From an uncultured Acidobacteriota bacterium (lineage in GTDB: Bacteria; Acidobacteriota; Polarisedimenticolia; J045), in the NCBI GenBank assembly GCA_963702425.1, contig CAVPCQ010000017.1, positions 64,001 through 128,000 on the forward strand: 64,000 nucleotides of DNA, written 5' to 3'. This document shows, in pieces, positions 28,493-39,035 of the stretch. Both the position numbers and the translations under genes were made by a program. The notes under the pieces were generated by a model, which made no database searches, was not told the DNA's origin, and saw nothing but the letters and a program-made list of their open reading frames with translations. Every line of letters starts with the position of its first letter. Positions within the stretch are counted from its first letter, which is position 1.

Positions 28493-29733
28493 TGTCCCTC
28501 GCCAAAACCGCGTCCGCTCTGCCCATCAACGAGTTGCGCTCCTGTACAGGATGTCCGAATCGCCCGCGAACGAGCCCGGTTGCCCTCCGTTTCGACCGCC
28601 GTCATCGTCCGGGGATGCTCAACCGCGCTCTTGCCGTCGCCCGGACTGTCCTCGCGATCTTCGCCCGCCGGGCCGACCTGATCCTGGAGAACCTCGCGCT
28701 CCGCCAGCAGCTCGCTGTTCTTCGACGGAAGCACCCTCGACCTCGTCTCCGCGCGTCCGATCGATTCTTCTGGCTTGCCCTGCGCCGCTACTGGCCGCGA
28801 TGGAAGGAGACGCTCGCCATCGTCCAGCCCGAGACCGTCATCCGCTGGCATCGCGAGGGCTTCAGGCGGTACTGGCGCTGGACACCGCGTCGCCGCGCTG
28901 GACGACCGAGCACAGGAGCCGATATCCGTGCCCTCGTGCACCGGATGGCCGCCGAGAATCCAGCCTGGGGCGCGCCCCGCATTCACGGCGAGATTCAGAA
29001 GCTCGGCCTGGAGGTCTCCGAGCGCACGGTCTCGCGTTGCATGCCCCGGCGCCCGGTCGATCCAGAGGCGCGTCAGCGCTGGCGAACATTCCTCAGCAAC
29101 CACCGCGAGGTCATCGCCGCGATCGACTTCTTTACGGTCCCCACCGCCACGTTCCGCGTGCTCTACGTCTTCTTCGTCGTCCACCACGCTCGGCGCGAGC
29201 TGATGCACTTCCGTGTGACGACCCATCCGACCGCGGCCTGGATCACGCAGCAACTCCGCGAGGCGTTCCCCTACGACCAGGCACCGCGCTACCTGATCCT
29301 CGACCGCGACGCCAAGTACGGCCACGAGGTCCTCACCGCGATCCGCCACATGGGCATCACACCAAAGCAGATCATGGCGCGCAGCCCCTGGCAGAACGGA
29401 GTCGCCGAGCGGTTCGTCAGCACCGCACGCCGCGATCTCCTGGATCACGTCATTGTCCTCAACGCGAAACACCTGCAGCGCCTGCTGGCCGGCTTCGCCT
29501 CGTACTACCTCAACGATCGGACGCACTTGTCCCTGGAGAAGGACACGCCCGCGGTGCGAGTCGTGGAGCCGAAGCCGCATCCAGCCGCCGCGGTCATCGC
29601 TCTGCCTCGCCTCGGCGGGCTTCACCATCGCTACGCCTGGCACCGCGCGGCCTGACGCTTCCGCCCGACAAGTCCATGGACGCGGTCTCGTCGTGGAGGG
29701 CGTGTGCCCACGCAGGAAGGCGCACCGCCACCA
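28493..29733 (+). mobile_element. rve/integrase-core IS with TGT left end; right end not seen
   Basis: TGTCCCTCGCCAAAACC start shared with copies at 27824 and 45618. Confidence 0.7.
28615..29655 (+). CDS. Integrase-core (rve, DDE) transposase
   Basis: LENLALRQQLAVL, WGAPRIHGE, AIDFFTV, YLILDRDAKY, SPWQNGVAER, LGGLHHRY. Confidence 0.9.
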   Translation: MLNRALAVARTVLAIFARRADLILENLALRQQLAVLRRKHPRPRLRASDRFFWLALRRYWPRWKETLAIVQPETVIRWHREGFRRYWRWTPRRRAGRPSTGADIRALVHRMAAENPAWGAPRIHGEIQKLGLEVSERTVSRCMPRRPVDPEARQRWRTFLSNHREVIAAIDFFTVPTATFRVLYVFFVVHHARRELMHFRVTTHPTAAWITQQLREAFPYDQAPRYLILDRDAKYGHEVLTAIRHMGITPKQIMARSPWQNGVAERFVSTARRDLLDHVIVLNAKHLQRLLAGFASYYLNDRTHLSLEKDTPAVRVVEPKPHPAAAVIALPRLGGLHHRYAWHRAA

Positions 29734-30396
29734 CCGGGGCAGCCCGCGCTTGAGGAACGCCTGCTTGAGGCAGTCCTTGAGACTGCGCAGATGCTGCTCC
29801 GGATAGAACTGCGCGTGGGGGACGAGACGCGTGGCGTCGTCGAGGACGCCGATCAGGTAGACCTTGCGCCGCGAGCCGTCGGGCGCGGGCAGCGCCGGCC
29901 CGACCAGCACGTCGGTCTGCCAGCAGTCGCCGGCCAGGTCGAACGCGAAGGCGCGGTGGTCGCGGTGCCGCGGGACCCGACGCTGATCGAGGCCCTGAGC
30001 GCGCAGGAAGCGGTAGAGCGTCGAGAGCGCGGGCGGGCTGACCACCCCGCCCGCCCGCAATTCGGCGACCAACCCCGGGCCGTCGAGCTCGACATGACCG
30101 CGCGCGAGCGTGACGATCCGCTCCGCGAGTTCGGCGTCGATGCGGCGCGACGCGCCGCGATCCTTGCGCGCTTTGGGCACCAGCCCGTCGAGCCCCTCGC
30201 GGCGATAGCGGTAGAACCACTCCTCGAGCGTGCCCGGCGCGATCCGCAGCGGCCCGCGCTGCGGGTGCGTGTGGACCTGTTCCGCGCACTGTGCGAGGGC
30301 GCGACGCAGGGCACCCCGCGGGCCCGCGAAACTCAGCAGCGGACCCAGCACCTGGTAACGCCACAACGCGATCTGCAGACCCGGAGCATCGGCCAT
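29734..30396 (-). pseudogene. Mu/IS481-like DDE transposase, 3'-truncated
   Basis: IALWRYQVLGPLL, YRREGLDGLVPKARKDRG, WQTDVLVGP, LDDATRL, KRGLPR then breaks off. Confidence 0.8.
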
Positions 30397-30533
30397 GCCA
30401 CCTCCATTCCAGGGGGGGTGGCAATGTCCGAGCACCCGGGCGAGCCGGCACTGCCGAAACCGTGTGGCGCGATTGACTTCGGCGCGCCGAGCGACGCCCG
30501 TCCGACGAGGTCCCGGAGCAATCCGGTGACGGC

Positions 30534-31115
30534 TCAGGCCAAACCGATCCCGAATCGCGTTTGAAACGCTCGCCCATGGCCGCGGAACGCCGCGCCCACC
30601 TCCGGGCAGCCCGCGCAGAGCCCGCCCACCAGCAGCGCCAGATCACGCCACTGCGGCCGCGTCTCTTGCTGCGGAGTCGGTGCTCGCGCCCGGCAACTCG
30701 CGAGGTACTCCAGCACGAACGCCCGCCGCCCCAGGAACCCCCGCAGCAGCGCCTGGGCCACGGCGTGGCCCGCCCGCCGCCGCACACGCTGCAACGCGCT
30801 CGACACGCGCGCACCGCGCACGATGCCGGACAGGAAGCACCCCAGTATTTCCGGACCGTGCTGCCGCCGCGGCAGGCAGAAGTCGGACAGCAACGACATG
30901 GTCCGGCCCGTCACCGCACACAGCAGCCGCCGGACCGCGACCCGTTGCTCCGGCTCCGGATCCGGAAGCAGCGCCCACCGCTCGTACCAGCCGTGGCACC
31001 GCAGGGGGTGCCGCGACGCGCAGTACGGACAGCACCGCGTCGCGCCCGTCACGAGTTGCTCGGGCTGCTCCAGGTAGGACTTGATCCCGCCCGGAACCGG
31101 ACATACTCTCTGCAT
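30534..31115 (-). CDS. DUF6431-like Zn-finger protein typically upstream of such transposases
   Basis: CPYC...HGWYER...RRLLC...TMSLLSDFCLPRRQH. Confidence 0.7.
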   Translation of the reverse strand: MQRVCPVPGGIKSYLEQPEQLVTGATRCCPYCASRHPLRCHGWYERWALLPDPEPEQRVAVRRLLCAVTGRTMSLLSDFCLPRRQHGPEILGCFLSGIVRGARVSSALQRVRRRAGHAVAQALLRGFLGRRAFVLEYLASCRARAPTPQQETRPQWRDLALLVGGLCAGCPEVGAAFRGHGRAFQTRFGIGLA

Positions 31116-31423
31116 CGCATCGGTACGGGGAAACAGCCACTTGCGTCGAAACACGAGCGCTGCTTCCCACGCCTCACGAGCCCCGCAGTTGGCGCTGCGG
31201 GGCTCGACTCTTCTCGGGTGGGTGGTCGCCGGAATCTACCAGAGACTCATCCGGTCGTCGCCTCGGACGTCCGAGACCACAAGACCGTCACTCGCTCGGA
31301 AAGATCGCGGCGCACAAGAGGGCTCTCGGAGCGACGCGGGTGACATTGGTCTGCCCGTAGCACGTGCTCGCGACGTCTCGAACCGCGGTCCGCCTCGCTC
31401 GGCGGTCCGCAGTTCGAGACGCC

Positions 31424-32134
31424 CTATGCCAGTCGCGACAGCACGTGGCGCACTTCGCCGTCGACTTCGACGGGATCGTGCACCGTCGAGGCGATCTCCT
31501 CACGCAGCGCCTTCGCGTAGCGCTCGCGAAGTCGGTGCACCGCGATTCGCAGAGCGCCTTCCGAGCGTTCCAGCTCGGCCGCGAGCTCGCGATACGAGAT
31601 GCGCGCTTCGCTTCCGTCGAGATAGCCCAGCAGCCGTTTGAAGTCCCGGAAGTAACCTCCGTGCCGAGCCGCGCGTTCCAGACGTCTCAAGGCCCGTTGC
31701 CGCACCCGCTCGGCCCACTGGAGCTCGAATTCGTCCTCCGGGGTCCAGTCGTGTGCGAGCACCTCGCCGAGACGTTCGGATGCGTCGTGATCGTCGACTT
31801 CGACGGCGAAGCTGCCGCCCCCGCGCTTCAGCGCGCCAGCGTGCGAGGCCTGGCTCGCGAGAAACTGCTTGAGGGTGTGAAGGAGCAGGGCCCGAAGCCG
31901 ACCCGCTGCCGGGTTTGCCTTGGCCACGAACCGGCGCTCCATCAGGTAGACGAAGTAGGACTGGATGAGATCGCGCGCGTCCTCGTCGGGGTATCCTCGT
32001 CGTCGTACGTACGCGTAGAGCGGAAACCAGTACCCCTGATACAGCCGCGCCAGCGCCGCGCGCGATCGCTCGGGGTCGGAGTCGGCGATGGCATCGACGA
32101 TGCTCCAGCGCGTCTCGGGAAACGAATCGGCCAT
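31424..32134 (-). CDS. ECF sigma-70 factor (FPETRWS type)
   Basis: FPETRWS, YWFPLYAYVRRRG, ISYRELAAEL...RIAVHRLRERY. Confidence 0.9.
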   Translation of the reverse strand: MADSFPETRWSIVDAIADSDPERSRAALARLYQGYWFPLYAYVRRRGYPDEDARDLIQSYFVYLMERRFVAKANPAAGRLRALLLHTLKQFLASQASHAGALKRGGGSFAVEVDDHDASERLGEVLAHDWTPEDEFELQWAERVRQRALRRLERAARHGGYFRDFKRLLGYLDGSEARISYRELAAELERSEGALRIAVHRLRERYAKALREEIASTVHDPVEVDGEVRHVLSRLA

Positions 32135-32414
32135 GGATACACCTCCGATCAGTGTCGCGCCGGGTGCTCTGATTCGCCTCCCGGCCCGATGCAGGGCGAT
32201 TCATCCGCGCGGAGCTACCGATCGTGACTCGACCAACCGCCCTCTCTGCACGGCTGGGAGCCTGTCCGAGTATTGACTCGGACCGGCCACGCGAGGGAGC
32301 GAATTCCGGCGGATTCAGCCGTATCGACGGTCAATTAGGTTTTCGCTCCAGGGCGCTTTGCGGAGCACCGCTTGCATCGATCTCACTCCTACTCAAACGG
32401 CTCTGAGATGGGTT

Positions 32415-35333
32415 CTAGCCGTCGCTCTCAGGCGTCTGGCTCGCGATCGCTGTCTCTTCCTCGTACCGGCCCTGGTCGTGATAGAGGCTGGCCAGGAGAT
32501 CTATGGTCTCCCGCGTGTAGCGGGACTCGTTGCCATAGAGTTCGCGGCTGATCCCGACGGCTCCTTCGAGCAGCGGTTCCGCCTCCGCGTGAAGGCCCCG
32601 CTCCTTGTACGCCACACCCAGGTCCCTCATCGCCCAGAGCGTCAAGATCTGCTTCTCGCCCCAGAGGCGGCGACGGATCGCGAAGACGTCCCCGAACTCC
32701 CGGATCGCGTCGTCGAGACGGCCCTGTGTCCGGTAGAGTTGAGCGAGGCTGCGTCTGAGATCGAGCGTGGACGGGTGGTCCGGGCCGAGATCCCGTTGAA
32801 CCGAGCCGATCGCGTCGAGGTACAGACGTTCGGCCTCCTCATACCGGTTCTGATCATGATAAAGGGAGGCCAGACAGCTCAAGGAACTCAGGGTGTAATG
32901 CCACTCGTCGCCGTGGAGCCGCCGGCTGATCTCGACGGCTTCTCTCAGCAGTGATTCCGCCTCCCCATAGAGCTTCCCCTCCTTGAGTGCCATACCCAAG
33001 TTCCTCATGACCCCGAGCGTCCAGACGTGCTCCTCGCCCTGGAGGCGCCGGTTGGCGTCGAACACCTCCCTGAGTTCCCGGATCGCGTCGTCGCGACGGC
33101 CCTCTCTTCGGTAGAGCTGGCCCAGGTTGTTCCTGAGATCGAGCGTGGTCGGATGATCCGGCCCCAGATCCCGTCGAGCCGACTCGATCGCGGCGAGGTA
33201 TCTCGCTTCCACCTCCTCGAGACGTCCCTGAGACTTCTGGGTCATCCCCAGGTCGGCGATGAGCGTGAGCGTTTCAGGATGGGTATCGTCCCAGGTTGCC
33301 CGAGCACCCGCGAGGGCGCGCCGAAAAGCCGATTCGGCCTGGTCGTTCTGGCCAAGCGAGAAGTGGAGCCAGCCCAGAGTCCTCAGCAGGCCGATGGTCT
33401 GGGGGTGATAGTCGCCGCGGATCGTCCGGCTGATCTCGATGGCGCGTTCGCACAGCGTCATGGACTCGGGGCGACCGGCCCCAAGTACCTCGGCGAGTGT
33501 CTGCATCGAGGTCAGAGTAGTGGGGTGCTCTTCGCCGAGCGTCCGCCTGGCCAGGTCCAGCGTGCTCCGGGCCATGGCTTCCCTCTCCGCCAGGCGATGC
33601 GGGTGGGCAAGGGTCGGCTCCAAAGAGGCCAGGCTGTTCATCGCGAGGAGCGCGTCGGGATGGTCCTCGCTCCGAGACCTCCGGGTGATGTCGATCACCG
33701 CTTGATACTGCTCGCGGGCCTCGTCGAACCGGCCCTCCGATCGGTACGAATCCGCCAGGCTGAAACGGCAACTCGTGGCCCTATCGGAATCCTCGCCGTA
33801 CAGCTGCGTGCACAGGCGCAGCGCACGTTTCAGATGCGGTTCCGCCCGGACGTACAGGCCCGAGTCCTTGAACCAGTTTCCGAAGGTGGTTCGAACGGCG
33901 GCCTCGGCGCTGGGCTGACCCGCAAACTGAGATCCGATGGAGGCCTCGGACTTGTCGAGCACCTCCAGGAGCGTCACGCTCCGCCCCTTCTTCTTCGCAT
34001 CGACCGACGCCAGGATGTTGGCAAGGAACGACGAGCTGGCCTCGGATTGCTCGAGTTCTGCTTTCTGCTGACGGTTCGAAGCCACGAGGGCGAAGGCCAG
34101 CGCGCCCGACGCCATCACGACGCCGAAAGCGATCGCCGCTGTCAACGCCAACTTCGCACGGTTGCGTCTCGCCAGCTTTCGGAGCCTGTACATCGCGCTG
34201 GGAGGACCGGCCATCACCGGCTCATCGCGCAGGTAGCGGCTGATGTCCTCCGCCAGCGCGTCCGCGGTTTCGTACCTTCGGGTGCGATCTTTCGACATCG
34301 CCTTCAGGACGATCCAGTCGAGGTCTTCGCGCAGCTGCCGGGCACGCGCGCGCGTGTCCGTGTCGCGCCGGGCCGTCTGACCGCTGCGACTCTCAGGGAT
34401 GGAAGCAACTTTCTTGCTCGGGGGCACCGGCTCCACGTCCCGGAGGATGCGCTGAATCTCCGGCCACCCGACACGGAACGATTTCGGGTCGAACGGCGTT
34501 GCGCCCGTGAGCAGCTCGTAAAGAACCACGCCCAGCGAGTACACGTCGGTGCGAGTGTCGACGTCCAGGCCGGTGTTGTCCGCCTGCTCCGGGCTCATGT
34601 ACTCCGGCGTGCCGATCATCTGACCATGCCGAGTGAAGAACGTGCCGTCGTTGACGGACAGGTTCGTCGCCTTGGCGATCCCAAAATCGATGATCTTGGC
34701 CACCGGGGAGCCATCGACGAGTGTCACCAGGATGTTCGACGGTTTGAGGTCGCGATGAATCACACCCTTGTGGTGCGCGTGCTGGATCGCCCGGCAGACG
34801 GGAATGAACAGACTCAGCCGGTCCGGGATGGGGAGACTGTACCGGTCGCAGTACTTCGTGATCGGCTCGCCCCCGATGAGTTCCATCACGAAGTAGGGCC
34901 GCCCGAGAGCCGTCTCGCCCGCGTCCAAGGCCCGGGCGATGTTGGGGTGATCCATCAGCGCCAACATGTGGCGCTCGGCCTCGAAGCGGGCCAACACTTC
35001 ACGGGTATCCATTCCGGCCTTCAGCACCTTGAGGGCCACGCGCCGGCGGACGGGTTCCTCCTGCTCGGCCCGATAGACGAGCCCCATGCCACCTTCGCCG
35101 ATCTTGTCCAGGATGCGGTAGCAGCCGATGTACTCCGGCTGGACCTCGAATCGGAGCGCGGGCTGCCCGCCCGACGGACCGACGTCGAGGCGTGGCACGC
35201 ATGGGGGGCCGGGACCCTCCTGAACACTGGGCGGGAGCTCCGCCGCAGACTTGGCGCAGCGCGCGGTCGCGCGGGTGCTGGACGGAGTGTCGCCGACGCC
35301 GACACGACGATTGCGGTTGCTGACGTTGTCCAT
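32415..35333 (-). CDS. Ser/Thr protein kinase with TM segment and TPR repeats
   Basis: IGEGGMG, VALK, HRDLKPSN, DFGIAK, GTPEYMSPE; repeated LGxDHPxTL; start uncertain. Confidence 0.92.
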   Translation of the reverse strand: MDNVSNRNRRVGVGDTPSSTRATARCAKSAAELPPSVQEGPGPPCVPRLDVGPSGGQPALRFEVQPEYIGCYRILDKIGEGGMGLVYRAEQEEPVRRRVALKVLKAGMDTREVLARFEAERHMLALMDHPNIARALDAGETALGRPYFVMELIGGEPITKYCDRYSLPIPDRLSLFIPVCRAIQHAHHKGVIHRDLKPSNILVTLVDGSPVAKIIDFGIAKATNLSVNDGTFFTRHGQMIGTPEYMSPEQADNTGLDVDTRTDVYSLGVVLYELLTGATPFDPKSFRVGWPEIQRILRDVEPVPPSKKVASIPESRSGQTARRDTDTRARARQLREDLDWIVLKAMSKDRTRRYETADALAEDISRYLRDEPVMAGPPSAMYRLRKLARRNRAKLALTAAIAFGVVMASGALAFALVASNRQQKAELEQSEASSSFLANILASVDAKKKGRSVTLLEVLDKSEASIGSQFAGQPSAEAAVRTTFGNWFKDSGLYVRAEPHLKRALRLCTQLYGEDSDRATSCRFSLADSYRSEGRFDEAREQYQAVIDITRRSRSEDHPDALLAMNSLASLEPTLAHPHRLAEREAMARSTLDLARRTLGEEHPTTLTSMQTLAEVLGAGRPESMTLCERAIEISRTIRGDYHPQTIGLLRTLGWLHFSLGQNDQAESAFRRALAGARATWDDTHPETLTLIADLGMTQKSQGRLEEVEARYLAAIESARRDLGPDHPTTLDLRNNLGQLYRREGRRDDAIRELREVFDANRRLQGEEHVWTLGVMRNLGMALKEGKLYGEAESLLREAVEISRRLHGDEWHYTLSSLSCLASLYHDQNRYEEAERLYLDAIGSVQRDLGPDHPSTLDLRRSLAQLYRTQGRLDDAIREFGDVFAIRRRLWGEKQILTLWAMRDLGVAYKERGLHAEAEPLLEGAVGISRELYGNESRYTRETIDLLASLYHDQGRYEEETAIASQTPESDG

Positions 35334-35689
35334 CGAGGGCCTCGTTGCCCGAACCTGGATCGTCCCTGAGAGGTCGTCGTGCGCGCGCGAGCACAGGGGC
35401 CGGCCCGAGGACGTTGCCCCCACCCGGAGGGCCACGGGATGATAGCGCTTCCGCGAATCCCGTCAACTGTAGGGACTCACGCGTCGATCGCTCGGCGGTG
35501 GACGCTCGTGCGGTGAATCAGCCGCGCCTGATGGGCGATCACGGCGGCCGTTTCCACGATGGTTCCGTCCGGCTCCGCGCTTGCGCCTGCGTTGCTGCTA
35601 CTGTGTCCACCTGCGGCCGTCTTACGGCTCTCATGCGTCACCGGACGACGGAGGCCCCCGAAGCGACACCTTCGCAGAACAACGTCACC

Positions 35690-36320
35690 TGCGGCCCGCC
35701 TGTTCCTGTTGGCGGCGCTGGCGCTGAGATTCGATTCCGCGCGAGCGGCCTCCGTGCCGTTCGACGCGACGCGGAACGAGATAGCCGGCAGCGCCGCCTG
35801 GATCATCGATCCGGACACCTGGGACCGGCGGCCCCTGTACGGGCACGGCCCTCGAATCGAACCCCGGCCGCTTCCCGGTTCCGCCGCAGGCCAGAATCAC
35901 CGCCACGACGCCGGAGACGTTCTGGACCGGCGGGATCTCCGCGTGGGCGGTGGACCTGGTGAAGTCCGCGCATACGATCGAGCAGTTGCCGCACGGCGGG
36001 CGGATCACCGAGTGCCCTGAGTCCGAGATTCAAAGCACAATTCGACGGTTCTGCGCGCTTCTGGCTGCGTTGCTCGTCCTTGCCGTAGCCCAGGTACGCT
36101 GGCGTCCTCGCGCCTCGCCAGAGTCACGCAGCCCTCGCCGACTTGTGCCGCGAATCTCGGACTCAGGACAAGCTGGACCCCTCGAATCCGCAAGACCTCT
36201 CGCACTACGACGTCTTCGTCGTGGTCGAGCCGCAGAGTCCGTTCACGGTCGCCGAGAATCAGGCCATCCTCGACTGCGTCGCCGGAGGAGGCGGCCTCTT
36301 CATGGCCGGCGACCGCAAGA
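35690..36320 (+). pseudogene. Degraded secreted hydrolase-like gene with frameshifts and internal insert
   Basis: Pieces VPFDATRNEIAGSAAWIID / PETFWTGGISAWAVDLVK / SNPQDLSHYDVFVVVEP...GGGLFMAGD in different frames. Confidence 0.5.
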
Positions 36321-36471
36321 CACGGCGGGCGGGCACGCTTCCGGCGCCTCGCCGGCCCTCCGCCGGCACCGTGTGTAACGAATCCCGGGGGATCGGGGTG
36401 GTTGGGGCAGGAGGACACCGGATACACCCACCTCTCAGCGACGATGTCGCTGTTGCCTCGGAGGACTCGCA

Positions 36472-37929
36472 ATGACAACGGCCAACCTCACGTTCGGCAA
36501 TCAGGTTTCGACGTTCCACGAAGACGCTCCTCATCGCCGACACCGCGGCACCCGGTTCCTGTGCTCGGCCGCCGCCATCCTCGCGATGATCGTCACCTCG
36601 ATCCCCGTCACTCTCGCCGCAGAAGACGAGGACCGCGGCGCCCGGCCTCTCGGAGAGGTCTCGCCGGACAAAGCCCTGGTCTACCTCATTCGTCCCAGCG
36701 CCTACGTCGCCAAGTGGGCGAAGTCGTCCGTCTATTCGGACCAGGTGTTCCTTGGGACGCTCCGCAACTCGAGTTACGCATTCGCGTATGTCGAGCCGGG
36801 GGAGCACCTCCTCTGGAGCGTCATGCAGGGGCGCGTGCTGGCGACCGGGCGGTTCGAGTTCATAGCGGGCAAGCAATATCACCTGAGGGTGAATCCTACG
36901 GCGATCGCTCTCGTCCCCGAAGAGGAGGCGCGCGGCATCATCGAGGAGGTCAAGTCGTACGTCACGCTGACGGAGGAGGAGCTCGAGGACTCGAAGAAGA
37001 ACCTGGACAAGAGGTGGGCCAAGGCCCAGGAGAAAGACGCCGCCAAACCGCGCGTGGCGATAGAGAAGATGGTGGCGGAAACGCCCCCGGCCGACGTGGC
37101 CGGGAAGTTGCGGATCCCGAAGGGGACCACGATCACGCTCGCGCTTCTCGAGAACGTCTCGTCGGCGTGGAACCAGCCCGGCGACAGCGTCCGCTTCCGC
37201 GTCGTCCACGATTTCGTCATCGAGGGCACCACGTTCCTGCACGCCGGAACGAACCTCGAGGCGAAACTCCGCGCGGTCGTGCGGGCCTCTGGCAGCGGAC
37301 GACCCGGTGCCATCGACATCGCGTTCCCGGGTGTGCGCGCCGCGGATGGAACGCCCGTTCCCTTAGTCGGGTACGCGATGAGCACGGGGAAGAACCGTGA
37401 AGGGACCGCGCTCGGCACTGCCAGCGTCGGTGGACTGCTCGGAGGACTCATCGGCACGGCGATCAAAGGGGGTGAAGCGCTGCTCCAGATCGGCGCGCTC
37501 TACGAGGCGACTACCCCCGTCGATGTCTGGGTCGACCCCACGCGCGCAACGCCACCCGCAGCGGGCCCTGCCGGCTTTGCGCCTCCCGAGCTGGCCCTGC
37601 CCTCGAATGCTCAAGAGGTCGAGTGCAAGATCAAGACGGGTTGCCGGGGCCTGGATGACGTCTTGATCCAGCTCCAGTCCGAGCTGCAGCCGTCGCGGAT
37701 CGCGATCCGCACGATCGATGGACGCGAGCTTCCGTCGCCGATCTCCGCGTCGGTGACGAAGCGGGAGAAGGACGGCCGCTGGACCTGCACGTTCCCGGGA
37801 TGGAGTGTCGTGCGGAATCTCCCGCTGCGTGAGGGTACCGCCTCGTCGTCCATCCAGATCGAAGGGAGTCTCGAGAACGGGACCGCCTTCAGGAGCGACA
37901 CGGTGGTCCCCGTGGTGGTTCGTCAGTGA
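36472..37929 (+). CDS. Exported protein with DUF2846-like N-terminal domain
   Basis: GGAGG RBS, hydrophobic leader, KALVYLIRPS...YAFAYVEPGEH; IPKGTTITLALLENVSS. Confidence 0.75.
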   Translation: MTTANLTFGNQVSTFHEDAPHRRHRGTRFLCSAAAILAMIVTSIPVTLAAEDEDRGARPLGEVSPDKALVYLIRPSAYVAKWAKSSVYSDQVFLGTLRNSSYAFAYVEPGEHLLWSVMQGRVLATGRFEFIAGKQYHLRVNPTAIALVPEEEARGIIEEVKSYVTLTEEELEDSKKNLDKRWAKAQEKDAAKPRVAIEKMVAETPPADVAGKLRIPKGTTITLALLENVSSAWNQPGDSVRFRVVHDFVIEGTTFLHAGTNLEAKLRAVVRASGSGRPGAIDIAFPGVRAADGTPVPLVGYAMSTGKNREGTALGTASVGGLLGGLIGTAIKGGEALLQIGALYEATTPVDVWVDPTRATPPAAGPAGFAPPELALPSNAQEVECKIKTGCRGLDDVLIQLQSELQPSRIAIRTIDGRELPSPISASVTKREKDGRWTCTFPGWSVVRNLPLREGTASSSIQIEGSLENGTAFRSDTVVPVVVRQ

Positions 37930-37951
37930 TCATCGGCGGAGAGAGACGACC

Positions 37952-38020
37952 GCCCGGGGGCGTGATCTCACTGCCCCCGGGCCGGCGCTCGGGACCGAGG
38001 CCGGGCTCGGCCTCGGTCCC
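37952..38020 (+). terminator. Two strong GC hairpins after CDS (no U-tract)
   Basis: GCCCGGGGGC...GCCCCCGGGC and GGGACCGAGGCCG-GGCT-CGGCCTCGGTCCC. Confidence 0.5.
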
Positions 38021-38057
38021 TCCGCATCGTGAACACCGCACAGGTGTAGCGCGCCAC

Positions 38058-38617
38058 GTGCGCCGTGAAAGGTCCGTTGGTCCAGCAGGTGCAAGTCCTG
38101 CCCCGGCAAAGGTCGTCCCGGCCGGGTGGCGATCCCAGCAGTGGTGGAGGCGACGAAGCGGTCGAAGCCTGGGAGAAAGAAGGCGACGCGAGGTCGTCTG
38201 CGAGCCAATAGGCCGCAACGCGAGTGAACACCGAGAGGGCCCCGAGAGTCACGATGCGAAGGCCGCCCCTCCCAAGCACAGGGGAAGGCTCCTACGGATG
38301 GCACGCAGTGAAGGACGACGCGTGCGGTCCGCTTCGCCGGGGTGGTGGGTGGCGGCATGCAGCGCGGAGCGGCGGGCAACACGGGAAGCCCGCTTCGGTG
38401 GCTGCGGCCAACGAGCGCGCGAGGCGCTCGGCCGAAGCGGGTGGCGGAGGGGCTCGTAGTACCGGTGAGACCGGGTAATGCCGGTGGAGGGATGGGGCCC
38501 TGGTTCCGGGGAGCCGACGGAGCAGCACGGGAGGGAGGCGATGGGCGATGAGCCTAGCAACGCCCGAGACGCCCCAGACGCGGCAGTTGACGCTATACCT
38601 GAAGGCCAAGCGAGAGT
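38058..38617 (+). ncRNA. Group II intron 5' part (domains I-III and start of RT ORF), truncated
   Basis: Begins GTGCG; contains GTAGTACCGGTGAGACCGGGTAATGCCGGTGGAGGGA; ORF at 38548 MSLATPETPQTRQLTLYLKAKRE. Confidence 0.8.
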
Positions 38618-39035
38618 CGACCACGTCATCGTTCTCAACGAGAAGCACCTGCAGCGCCTTCTGGCCGGCCTCGCCTGGTAATACCTCAACGACCGGACGC
38701 ACTTGTCCCTCAAGAAGGATGCGCCCGCGGTGCGAGCTGTGGAGAGGAAGCCCGGTCCAGCCGCCGAAGTCATCGCCCTACCTCGCCTTGGCGGACTTCA
38801 TCATCGCTACGCTTGGCGCCGCGCGGCCTGACGATTCCGCTCGACCAATCCATCGCCGCGGCCTCGTGGTGGAGCGCGTGTGCCGTTGCGGACGGCGGAC
38901 CGCCGCCCTCTCTGTCAACCGGTGGGCAGGACCGTCGCCGATACGCGCAGGGGCGCGTTCGACCGGCGCGTTTGCCTGCCATTCCGCGCCGCGTGCGCCA
39001 TCAGCAATGCGCGAACTCGATATTGGCGAACAACA
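38618..39035 (+). pseudogene. rve-element 3' remnant with right terminal repeat
   Basis: DHVIVLNEKHLQRLL...LGGLHHRYAWRRAA with internal stop; ends TATTGGCGAACAACA. Confidence 0.75.

Noticed and set aside
28393-30435. 680-aa transposase
   Set aside because: Only about 220 aa are transposase; the rest is the antisense frame of the rve element
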